NCBI GenBank assembly: GCA_044345725.1
Contig: JBIJAO010000001.1
Coordinates: 57,559 to 121,558, forward strand
Source of the DNA: Ilumatobacteraceae bacterium
Lineage (GTDB): Bacteria > Actinomycetota > Acidimicrobiia > Acidimicrobiales > Ilumatobacteraceae
Length of the DNA: 64,000 bases
Direction of reading: 5' to 3'
Below, one piece after another: positions 34,136 to 42,115 of the stretch (its first letter is position 1; each line of letters begins with the position of its first letter). A program made the position numbers and the translations under genes. The notes below the pieces were generated by a model. That model saw nothing but the letters and a program-made list of their open reading frames with translations. It did no database searches and was not told where the DNA came from.

Positions 34136-35077
34136 CTACGCCGTAATTGTGGTGCTTCCCTTGGTGGACTTCCCTTTTACAGGTTTCATGGTTACGGTCA
34201 CAGAACACGTTCCCTTGCCAATCATCTTGATAGAGCCGTTAACTACCCGACACACTTTGCGACTCGTACGAGACACTCTCAGTGTCACCATTGCTCCCTT
34301 GCTTGATTTGACTTTGGCAGATTTCATCACTCTTTTTGTGGTGACGGTTTTGCCAACACTTGAGCGGATTCCCATTGATGTATTGCCACCTGGCGCTGTG
34401 TTCCCGCCTGGCGCTGTGTTCCCGCCTGGCGCTGTGTTCCCGCCTGGCGCTGTGTTCCCGCCTGAATCCTGTGCAGGCGGTGGAGTGCCGCCATTAAGGG
34501 TCACGGTGAAACCCGCCGAATCATAATTCTCATTCCGTAATTCGAAACTTATGGAAGCTTGTGTTATTGGAGGATTACTTGTTCCTAGCCATTGTCCGAG
34601 AGTCGTTGCACCAGGCACCCACTCCGTATTCAAAACATCATCAAGCCATCGAAACGACAGCCCCACATCGTGAACCGCTACAGAATTGATAGGCGGTGCA
34701 CCTGTGGGTTGCAATTGAATTGTCAGGGAATTTGAGATTGTGTTGGCATCAACGTTAGAGGCGGGTGAAATCAGCCAAGTCACGCCGGCGGGATCCCACG
34801 TACCAGTATTCGAAGTACCGCGGGTCAAGGAAAACGCAACAACGGAATCATTAAACTTGTTCCCATAGCTGGCTACCGAATCGGTTGATGCAGTGTCGAG
34901 ATTAAACGTGATCGAGAAGTTGAAGGTGTCTCCCGTAACTATCGACACTCCGGCATTCGACGTTGCGGTGACTGTGCCGGTCACTGTCCAAGTATTAGTA
35001 CTCGCACTTATGCGCTGTGCACCCGCAGTCACCGTCAACAAAACAGCCGACGCAATCAGAATTATGAAACGGCGCAT
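34136..35077 (-). CDS. Secreted Thr/Asn/Ser-rich protein with GGNTAP tandem repeats and a basic two-Cys C-terminal domain
   Basis: Signal peptide MRRFIILIASAVLLTVTAGAQ. (GGNTAP)x4 plus a partial copy. C-terminal KVCRVVNGSIKMIGKGTCSVTVT. No sortase motif was seen. Confidence 0.7.
   Translation of the reverse strand: MRRFIILIASAVLLTVTAGAQRISASTNTWTVTGTVTATSNAGVSIVTGDTFNFSITFNLDTASTDSVASYGNKFNDSVVAFSLTRGTSNTGTWDPAGVTWLISPASNVDANTISNSLTIQLQPTGAPPINSVAVHDVGLSFRWLDDVLNTEWVPGATTLGQWLGTSNPPITQASISFELRNENYDSAGFTVTLNGGTPPPAQDSGGNTAPGGNTAPGGNTAPGGNTAPGGNTSMGIRSSVGKTVTTKRVMKSAKVKSSKGAMVTLRVSRTSRKVCRVVNGSIKMIGKGTCSVTVTMKPVKGKSTKGSTTITA
34389..34464. repeat. Perfect 18-bp tandem repeat x4 (+4 nt): CCTGGCGCTGTGTTCCCG
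   Basis: Direct reading of 34389-34460 gives four identical units, in frame within the CDS above (encoding GGNTAP). Confidence 0.95.
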
Positions 35078-35128
35078 GAGTGGATCCCTTCGTTATCAAC
35101 GGGAACTCACCTTATCTAGTCCGGAGAG

Positions 35129-35611
35129 TCACTGATTAATAAGTCGTGTTTGTTGGCCTTCTGAGGGGTTCCACGAGTCAACGTGCAGTTCCTCACCATT
35201 GACGCGTAAGACCCGCACCGAACAAATCTTCAATAGAAACACTTTTCCTTCATGCGCGCCAACCTCATTACTGAGCAGTGCGCGTGCTGTTGTATCTCCC
35301 GCGAGTTCCGCAATCGCGTCAAGTTGCACATCGGGTCGCTGCAGGTGTTCATCAAGTGGTGCCGAATGGATCGAACATCGTGACTCATGCATGAGATCAC
35401 TCACGCGATAGGCGCGGGGCATTGCGCCAATCCACATGTGGTCATTGGTGAACTGCACATTCGTGCCTCCCACTCGAGGAGATCCATCTGGCCTGATTGT
35501 TGCAATCACATGATGCGGGTGAGAACAAAAAATGTCCAACACCACTGAGGCAATGTCAGGAGCGCTGAGCGAAAATTCTCCCCACGTCACCGACGTGGCA
35601 TTATCAGTCAT
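35129..35611 (-). CDS. Pyridoxamine 5'-phosphate oxidase-like (FMN/F420-binding split-barrel) protein
   Basis: Size and HVIATIRPDGSPRVGG...MWIGAMP are reminiscent of the PPOX class. No further support. Confidence 0.55.
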   Translation of the reverse strand: MTDNATSVTWGEFSLSAPDIASVVLDIFCSHPHHVIATIRPDGSPRVGGTNVQFTNDHMWIGAMPRAYRVSDLMHESRCSIHSAPLDEHLQRPDVQLDAIAELAGDTTARALLSNEVGAHEGKVFLLKICSVRVLRVNGEELHVDSWNPSEGQQTRLINQ

Positions 35612-35617
35612 GTGTGA

Positions 35618-36355
35618 TCAGCCGACTTGTGTGAAGCCTCCGTCAACAACCATCACATGGCCAGTGACGTATTTGCTGCGCACCAGCGCTAACACGGCTT
35701 CAGCACAATCTTCTGCTGTTGCAGAACGATGAAGTGGGGCAATCTGCTTAATTGCCTCATGTTGTGCATCCCAGTCTTTTGTCCACGGTGTAGCAACAAG
35801 CCCAGGTGCCACGGCATTGAAACGCACGGGGCCATGGCTCTTTGCCAAAAGATGTGTCATCTGATTGAGAGCGGCCTTTGTCATCGAATACGCAATTGAT
35901 GATCCAACGGGTCGAACTCCGGCAATAGATGTCACGTTAACCACATGACCGTCGTCTGATTTACGCAAATATGGAAGTGCAGCCTTCGTGAGCCACCATG
36001 TGCCATACACATTCACATTGAATGTCTTCATAAAGATCTCGTCAGTCAACGCATCAAGGTCTGTATGAGGAATGACAGTTGTCCAACCGGCGTTATTTAC
36101 CAACAAGTCGAGTTGTCCAAACTTTGCGATGGTCTCATCGAGAAGTTTTTGACCTTGCGCTTTGTCAGCGATATCTGCCTGCACATAGATCGATTCACCT
36201 GGCAACGACTCGGCAACCTTTTTCCCCGCTTCCACAGAGGATGTGGAGTTCACTACCACCTTTGCGCCAAGCTCCGACAAGCGATGTGCAGTTGCTTCAC
36301 CGATACCACTTGATGATCCCGTCACAATTGCAACTTTTCCAGCTAGTTCACTCAT
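35618..36355 (-). CDS. SDR-family oxidoreductase (FabG-like)
   Basis: TGSSSGIGEA, NNAG and catalytic YSMTKAA. Confidence 0.9.
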   Translation of the reverse strand: MSELAGKVAIVTGSSSGIGEATAHRLSELGAKVVVNSTSSVEAGKKVAESLPGESIYVQADIADKAQGQKLLDETIAKFGQLDLLVNNAGWTTVIPHTDLDALTDEIFMKTFNVNVYGTWWLTKAALPYLRKSDDGHVVNVTSIAGVRPVGSSIAYSMTKAALNQMTHLLAKSHGPVRFNAVAPGLVATPWTKDWDAQHEAIKQIAPLHRSATAEDCAEAVLALVRSKYVTGHVMVVDGGFTQVG

Positions 36356-36432
36356 GAGTACTCCCCCTTGTCATGTGGCGCATCATGCGATGTGAAATCA
36401 AATGTCGCCCCGTAGAAGCTCCATGGTAGGCG

Positions 36433-37122
36433 TCAATGCGTGGCGACCCACAAGGGATCGGCGCTCATCATCGCTATCAGCGCACCCGCAACGAGAAAGG
36501 GCCCAAAAGCAAACACTGATTGTGAACGAAAGCCCGCGCGCACGATCGTAATGAGCGCAAAGACCCCTGCACACACCAGCGAATACACCATCGCATCAAT
36601 CACCGTTCCGGCGCCGAACCACCCCAACACAGTTGCAAGAACGCTGGCCAAAATAACATCACCGCCACCGAGGTCTCCACGAGAACACCATTCAATACTT
36701 CGAAAGACCAACCATGCAGTTGCGCCACTACTCAACATGATCACCACAACATCACCGCGTGAGTGCGCAATTACATCGATGACGAGGAACGCACATGATG
36801 CTGCTCCGATGACAAGAGAATCACTCCAGGGCAATAAATGAGTGTCAATGTCAATGAGTGACAAATACGCAAGTCCGGCGACCGCAATCAGTAGACCAAC
36901 CAACGCAAGCGATAATGAAACGTTGTGTGCAACAACAACACTCGTTACGACGACAATAAAAATTGTGATGACCAATGAAAAAATAGATCGCGATAAATCG
37001 CGATGGGCGAATGTTTCACCAGTTGCACGCAACACATCAATACGTCGACGTGCAGCGATGACTGCAACTAGACCTAAGATGCCTGCGACTGCAGCGGTTG
37101 CAATGAGGACGAGAGACGACAT
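36433..37122 (-). CDS. A24-family prepilin peptidase-like membrane aspartic protease
   Basis: Start taken at MSSLVLIA. First Asp motif LIDIDTHLLP, second LGGGDVILA. No methyltransferase domain. Confidence 0.7.
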   Translation of the reverse strand: MSSLVLIATAAVAGILGLVAVIAARRRIDVLRATGETFAHRDLSRSIFSLVITIFIVVVTSVVVAHNVSLSLALVGLLIAVAGLAYLSLIDIDTHLLPWSDSLVIGAASCAFLVIDVIAHSRGDVVVIMLSSGATAWLVFRSIEWCSRGDLGGGDVILASVLATVLGWFGAGTVIDAMVYSLVCAGVFALITIVRAGFRSQSVFAFGPFLVAGALIAMMSADPLWVATH

Positions 37123-37163
37123 CAGTGGGTTGTACCCACTTTGTGTCGCAATGTGTAGTCGGG

Positions 37164-37565
37164 TTACTCCTGAACGAGTTCGATCAAGGTTCCGTAGCTG
37201 CCCTTCGGGTGAATAAAGGCAACAGTGGTACCTCGGCTTCCAGGCCGTGGAGCCTTGTCGATAGGAGTCGCGCCGGCATCGATCATCGACTGAAGAACCT
37301 TTGCGCAATCATCCACGCGGTATCCGATGTGATGCAATCCTTCGCCACGCTTTTCGATGGCTTTTGCAACGGGTGAATCATCGCGAGTTGGTGTGAGCAA
37401 CTGAATGTAGCTCTCTGCAACTTTCAACAGCGCTTCTTCTACTCCGTCACTTTCCACAATCTCGCGGTGCTCTACTTCAGCACCAAATGCGCGCTGGTAA
37501 TAATCAATAGCGGCTTCGAGATCTTTCACTGCAATCGCTACGTGGTCAATTTCGGTGAGCAACAT
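37164..37565 (-). CDS. mce: Methylmalonyl-CoA/ethylmalonyl-CoA epimerase (VOC family)
   Basis: IDHVAIAVKDLEAAIDYY, GEGLHHIGYRVDD and VAFIHPKGSYGTLIELVQ. Confidence 0.85.
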   Translation of the reverse strand: MLLTEIDHVAIAVKDLEAAIDYYQRAFGAEVEHREIVESDGVEEALLKVAESYIQLLTPTRDDSPVAKAIEKRGEGLHHIGYRVDDCAKVLQSMIDAGATPIDKAPRPGSRGTTVAFIHPKGSYGTLIELVQE

Positions 37566-37642
37566 GTGGGTCCTCCAGTGTCAGTTGTATTCAACTGTTG
37601 TCTGATTGTTTATCTGTAAATGGGCTGTTCCGCCACCTGATA

Positions 37643-38977
37643 TCAGGAACGACGGAACAAATTGAGGTTCTTTTCGCCAACTTTGGCACGCAACTCGTGG
37701 TCATCGATTCCAAGACCAGCCTCGGGAGCAAGACAGGTAACACCCAACTTGCCCTCGTGCATGTTGTGATGCACTTGGTATGCGGCCTCGCCCACTTGGT
37801 CAAGATTGAACACCTGTGACATCACAGGGTGAATCATGCCCTTGCAGATGAGACGGTTCGCATCCCATGCCTCTTTGTAGTTTGCAAAGTGACTACCAAC
37901 AAGACGCTTGAGACGCATCCAGAAATACCGGTTGTCGAATTCCATCATGAAACCACTTGTTGCAGCACATGTCACCACGGTGCCACCTTTTTTCACGACA
38001 TACATTGACGCACCAAATGTGGAACGACCTGGGTGTTCAAACACGATGTCGGGATCTTCACCGACGAGTCCGCGAATATCACTACCAAGACGGCGCCATT
38101 CAGATTCGTTGTGAGTGTTGTCGTCATTCCAGAACTTGTAGTTCGCTGCACGACGATCAATGATCGCTTCACATCCCATGTCACGAAGAATTTGCGCTTT
38201 GTCGTCTGAACTGACGACACCCACAGGAATGCCGCCACCGTTTAATACATACTGTGTTGCATACGCACCGATACCACCGGTTGCTCCCCAGATAAGAACA
38301 ACATCACCTTGTTTCATGGCTGCACCATTTGGACTTACCAACATGCGGTAACTAGTGCTGTTGCACAATGCGTTGACCGCTGCTTCTTCCCAAGTGAGAT
38401 GTGCTGGCTTTGGCATCAACTGGTTTGCTTTCACGATCGCAAGATCAGCAAGACCACCGAAGTTTGTTTCATATCCCCAGATGCGCTGGTTCGAACCCAT
38501 CATCGAGTCATCGTGTGACGTTGGATCTTGGTCGTCAACGTGATTGCAATGAACAGTGATCTTGTCGCCGGGCTTCCATGTGCGCACTGCGCTTCCAACT
38601 TTTAACACCACACCAGATGCGTCGCTACCCATTACTTGGTAATCACGATCGTGACGCTTTGCCCATTCGCTCTCGCGACCAAGACGAGCCATCGGACCAA
38701 AAGTGCTCACTGGTTCAAAGATGCTGCTCCACACCGTGTTGAAGTTGATCGACGATGCCATCACCGCGATTGCGACTTCATCGGGCGCAAGTTCGGGGGT
38801 GGGGACATTGCCCACGTGGATGCTTTTGCGAGGGTCCTTATCGTTGCTCGCCACGCCTTTGAACATGTCTTGTTCAGATTTGAGGACGTGTGCTCCTCGA
38901 TATTCCTTGGGAAGTGGGATAGACGCCAACTGTTCTCCAGTGGCGCCATTCATGATGGCATCGAGCACTTTTTCCAT
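37643..38977 (-). CDS. ccr: Crotonyl-CoA carboxylase/reductase
   Basis: Near end-to-end resemblance to remembered Streptomyces Ccr: KDPRKSIH, AVMASSINFNTVWSSIFEPVSTFG, RIWGYETNFGGLA, IWGATGGIG, FEHPGRSTFGAS and YDNRYFWMRLKR. Confidence 0.9.
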   Translation of the reverse strand: MEKVLDAIMNGATGEQLASIPLPKEYRGAHVLKSEQDMFKGVASNDKDPRKSIHVGNVPTPELAPDEVAIAVMASSINFNTVWSSIFEPVSTFGPMARLGRESEWAKRHDRDYQVMGSDASGVVLKVGSAVRTWKPGDKITVHCNHVDDQDPTSHDDSMMGSNQRIWGYETNFGGLADLAIVKANQLMPKPAHLTWEEAAVNALCNSTSYRMLVSPNGAAMKQGDVVLIWGATGGIGAYATQYVLNGGGIPVGVVSSDDKAQILRDMGCEAIIDRRAANYKFWNDDNTHNESEWRRLGSDIRGLVGEDPDIVFEHPGRSTFGASMYVVKKGGTVVTCAATSGFMMEFDNRYFWMRLKRLVGSHFANYKEAWDANRLICKGMIHPVMSQVFNLDQVGEAAYQVHHNMHEGKLGVTCLAPEAGLGIDDHELRAKVGEKNLNLFRRS

Positions 38978-39061
38978 TCATACGACGATAGCGATACCCC
39001 GGCAATTAGCCCCTAGTCTTGGTACCTACCCTCGCAGAGGGAATGCATCGAGGAGGCAGAC

Positions 39062-40243
39062 ATGGCCGGTTCATACATCGTCGCAGGAGCCCGTACACCC
39101 ATCGGCAAGATGAGTGGAGCGCTTTCATCTTTTAGCGCAGCCCAACTTGGTGGCTTTGCAATTAAGGAAGCGCTCTTGCGCGCCGGCGTGAAGCCAGAAG
39201 AAGTTGATCACGTGATCATGGGTCAAGTGTTGATGGCAGGCCAGGGTCAAGTGCCCTCACGTCAAGCAGCGGTACACGCTGGCATCCCAATGAACGTTCC
39301 CGCGGTGAACATCAACAAAGTCTGCTTGTCGGGTCTTAATGCCATTTACTTGGCTGATCAAATGATTCAATCAGGCGATGCAGACATCGTTGTTGCAGGT
39401 GGCATGGAAAGCATGACCAATGCTCCCTACATCGCAGCCGGTGCTCGCGGAGGTTTCCGTTACGGCAACACCGAACTTGCCGACGCGATCATTAAAGATG
39501 GTTTGTTTTGCGCATTCGATGCATGCCTCATGGGCCTTGGTACCGAGCGTTACAGCGACGGCGGTATCACCCGTGATCAACAAGACGATCTCGCGATGAA
39601 GAGTAATCAGCGCGCAGCTGCTGCAATTCAGTCCGGCAAGCTCGCAGAAGAGATCGTGAACATCGAAATTCCGCAGCGCAAGGGCGATCCCGTTGTGGTG
39701 AAAAATGATGAAGGTGTGCGCGCAGACACCACCATGGACACGCTTGCAACACTGAAGCCAGCGTTCGACAAGAACGGCACCATCACAGCTGCCAACGCAA
39801 GCCAAATTAGCGACGGCGGATCAGCGGTGATCCTTATGTCAAAGAAAGCAGCAGAAGCACGCGGAGTAAAGCCTCTTGGTGAAGTGTTGTCATACGGCAT
39901 GGTGTCGGGACCAGACAATGCATCGCTGTTGCATCAACCAAGCAACGCAATCACTAAGGCTCTCGACAAGATCGGCAAGAAAGTGTCCGACATCGATTTG
40001 TTTGAAATCAACGAAGCGTTCGCAGCCGTTGGTGTCGCATCAATGAAGCACCTCGGCATCCCCGACGACATCGTGAACGTCAACGGTGGCGCAATTGCTC
40101 TTGGTCACCCCATTGGTATGAGCGGTAACCGTCTTGCACTCACAATCCTCCACGAACTTCGTCGTCGCGGTGGTGGTGTTGGCGCAGCATCACTCTGTGG
40201 TGGTGGCGGACAGGGCGATGCGATCATCGTTCGCGCGCTCTAG
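39062..40243 (+). CDS. Acetyl-CoA C-acetyltransferase (thiolase II)
   Basis: NKVCLSGL (active Cys), NGGAIALGHPIGMSG and the C-terminal CGGGGQG motif. Confidence 0.95.
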   Translation: MAGSYIVAGARTPIGKMSGALSSFSAAQLGGFAIKEALLRAGVKPEEVDHVIMGQVLMAGQGQVPSRQAAVHAGIPMNVPAVNINKVCLSGLNAIYLADQMIQSGDADIVVAGGMESMTNAPYIAAGARGGFRYGNTELADAIIKDGLFCAFDACLMGLGTERYSDGGITRDQQDDLAMKSNQRAAAAIQSGKLAEEIVNIEIPQRKGDPVVVKNDEGVRADTTMDTLATLKPAFDKNGTITAANASQISDGGSAVILMSKKAAEARGVKPLGEVLSYGMVSGPDNASLLHQPSNAITKALDKIGKKVSDIDLFEINEAFAAVGVASMKHLGIPDDIVNVNGGAIALGHPIGMSGNRLALTILHELRRRGGGVGAASLCGGGGQGDAIIVRAL

Positions 40244-40296
40244 TCACTCTCACATCTCCTCACATTTCGTGATGTAGCACTACTGTCAGTTAGTGC

Positions 40297-41520
40297 ATGT
40301 CGCGCATCGTTGAACGATCCCTCTTTCTTCTTCGTTGGCTTGCACTCGCATGTCTTGTGGGAGTTATCGCGGGTATTGGTTCTGCAGCGTTTATTGGTGG
40401 GCTGAATTGGGCAACCACCACTCGCTCAAACAACTTATGGATGATTTGGCTGTTGCCAGTGGCCGGTCTTATGGTCGGCGGGTCGTATCACTACTTCGGT
40501 AAAGGATTGGAACGTGGCAGCAATCTGGTGATTGACCAGATACACGACACCTCACGTTGGCTCACTCCGCGCATGTCAGCGCTTGTCTATGTCAACAGCG
40601 TGATCACACATGTCTTTGGTGGTTCTGCCGGACGTGAAGGTGGTGCCATTCAAATTGCCGTCGGACTTACCGACCCCATCAGCAAAAGATTGCGCTTCTC
40701 ACCACAAGATCGCTCGATGATGTTGGTAACAGCAATCGCTGGGGCATTTGGTGGCGCATTTGGAGTTCCGTTTGCAGGCACGATTTTTGCACTTGAAGTT
40801 CAACGAGTAGGGCGCGTGAAATACGAAGCTCTTATTCCAGCATTCACCGCGGCTCTTGTCAGCGATGCCGTGGTGCGCGGACTCGATGTGAAGCACACCA
40901 AATATCCGGTGATTGCAGCGTTCGACTGGGACTTTGAAACTGCATGGAAACTCGCTGTACTAGGCGTGGCAGCAGGAATCGTGGCGTATGTGTTTGTTCG
41001 TGGAACACACCTTGTACAACGTGTTACAGCTCGCACCGTCAGGTGGTATCCGCTGCGTCCCGCAGTAGGTGGAGTGATTGTTGCCTCAATGGTGTTGTTG
41101 TTTGGTTGGCGCGACTATCAAGGATTGTCTACACCACTTGCGCTTGATGCATTCGCAGGTGATGATGCGCGCAGTTGGATACCGAAACTGATTCTCACTG
41201 CAGTAACGATTGGTTGTGGTTTTATTGGCGGAGAAGTTGTCCCACTGTTTGTGATCGGGGCGCTCCTCGGCAGCAACATGAGTGATCTCCTTGGCATGGA
41301 TCCAGCATTATTTGCGGTGATGGGATCAGTTGCCGTTCTGGGAGCTGCGGCAAATGTGCCACTCGCATGCATCGTTCTCGGCATTGAATTATTTGGTGGC
41401 GCAAACGCATTGATGTTTGCAACAGTCTGCATTGCTGCGTATGCGGTGAGCGGACATCGCAGTGTGTACAGCGCACAAATTGTTGATGCGCCAAAGTGGC
41501 GACCGATCAGGAATCGATGA
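40297..41520 (+). CDS. ClC-family channel/antiporter, short form without CBS domains (possibly CLC-F type)
   Basis: GSNLV, GGSAGREGG and GGEVVP occupy the three selectivity-filter positions. About 10-12 TM helices. Confidence 0.8.
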   Translation: MSRIVERSLFLLRWLALACLVGVIAGIGSAAFIGGLNWATTTRSNNLWMIWLLPVAGLMVGGSYHYFGKGLERGSNLVIDQIHDTSRWLTPRMSALVYVNSVITHVFGGSAGREGGAIQIAVGLTDPISKRLRFSPQDRSMMLVTAIAGAFGGAFGVPFAGTIFALEVQRVGRVKYEALIPAFTAALVSDAVVRGLDVKHTKYPVIAAFDWDFETAWKLAVLGVAAGIVAYVFVRGTHLVQRVTARTVRWYPLRPAVGGVIVASMVLLFGWRDYQGLSTPLALDAFAGDDARSWIPKLILTAVTIGCGFIGGEVVPLFVIGALLGSNMSDLLGMDPALFAVMGSVAVLGAAANVPLACIVLGIELFGGANALMFATVCIAAYAVSGHRSVYSAQIVDAPKWRPIRNR

Positions 41521-42115
41521 CGTGGCGATGACCAAGTGCACGTCCCAGTGTCACTTCGTCTGCAAACTCTAAATCGCCGCCAACGGGTAGTCCACTGGCC
41601 AAGCGTGTGACCGTAATTCCTAACGGACTTAACGCGCGCGATAGATACATTGCTGTGACGTCACCTTCAGTGTTGTTGTTGGTGCACACAATGATTTCAG
41701 TAATGCCCTCGGGCTTGATACGTGCAATTAACTCGCGCATTTTTAATTGATCAGGACCGATTCCTTGCAACGGATCGATAAGTCCCAGTAACACGTGATA
41801 ACGACCGCGAAATTCGCCCGTCTTTTCAATTGCGACAATGTCACGTGATTCTTCCACGACACAGACAATGGAACTATCACGTCTGTCGTCACGACAGATA
41901 CTGCACAATTCTTCATCAGACAGATTGAAACAACGATCACAAAAACGCACTCGGATACGGGCGTTAATGAGTGCTTGTGACAAGCGCTCTACATCATCCA
42001 TCGGAGATTTGATGAGATGCATTGCCAGACGTTGTGCACTGCGTGGTCCGATACCGGGCAATCGACCAAGTTCGTCAATAAGTGCTTGTACTGGAGGTGT
42101 GTATGGAGATGCCAC
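41507..42115 (-). CDS. recR: Recombination protein RecR
   Basis: LPGIGPRSAQRLA (HhH), a C4 zinc finger CDRCFNLS..CSIC and a Toprim domain. The GTG start shares 1 nt with the dnaX stop (TAGTG). Confidence 0.95.
   Translation of the reverse strand: MASPYTPPVQALIDELGRLPGIGPRSAQRLAMHLIKSPMDDVERLSQALINARIRVRFCDRCFNLSDEELCSICRDDRRDSSIVCVVEESRDIVAIEKTGEFRGRYHVLLGLIDPLQGIGPDQLKMRELIARIKPEGITEIIVCTNNNTEGDVTAMYLSRALSPLGITVTRLASGLPVGGDLEFADEVTLGRALGHRHVIDS

Noticed and set aside
37636-37647. Perfect 12-bp palindrome CCTGATATCAGG spanning the ccr stop codon, and CAGTTG-tatt-CAACTG at about 37581-37596 between ccr and mce.
   Set aside because: These are short, have no T-run and are not repeated elsewhere that I could see. 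They could be chance or a weak processing site, and are not enough for a regulatory call.
40244-40296. Fluoride (crcB-motif) riboswitch in front of the ClC gene.
   Set aside because: The 53-nt gap shows none of the conserved GGxGAUGG...CCGCC...GAUGAUGCC-type elements as far as I can recall them.
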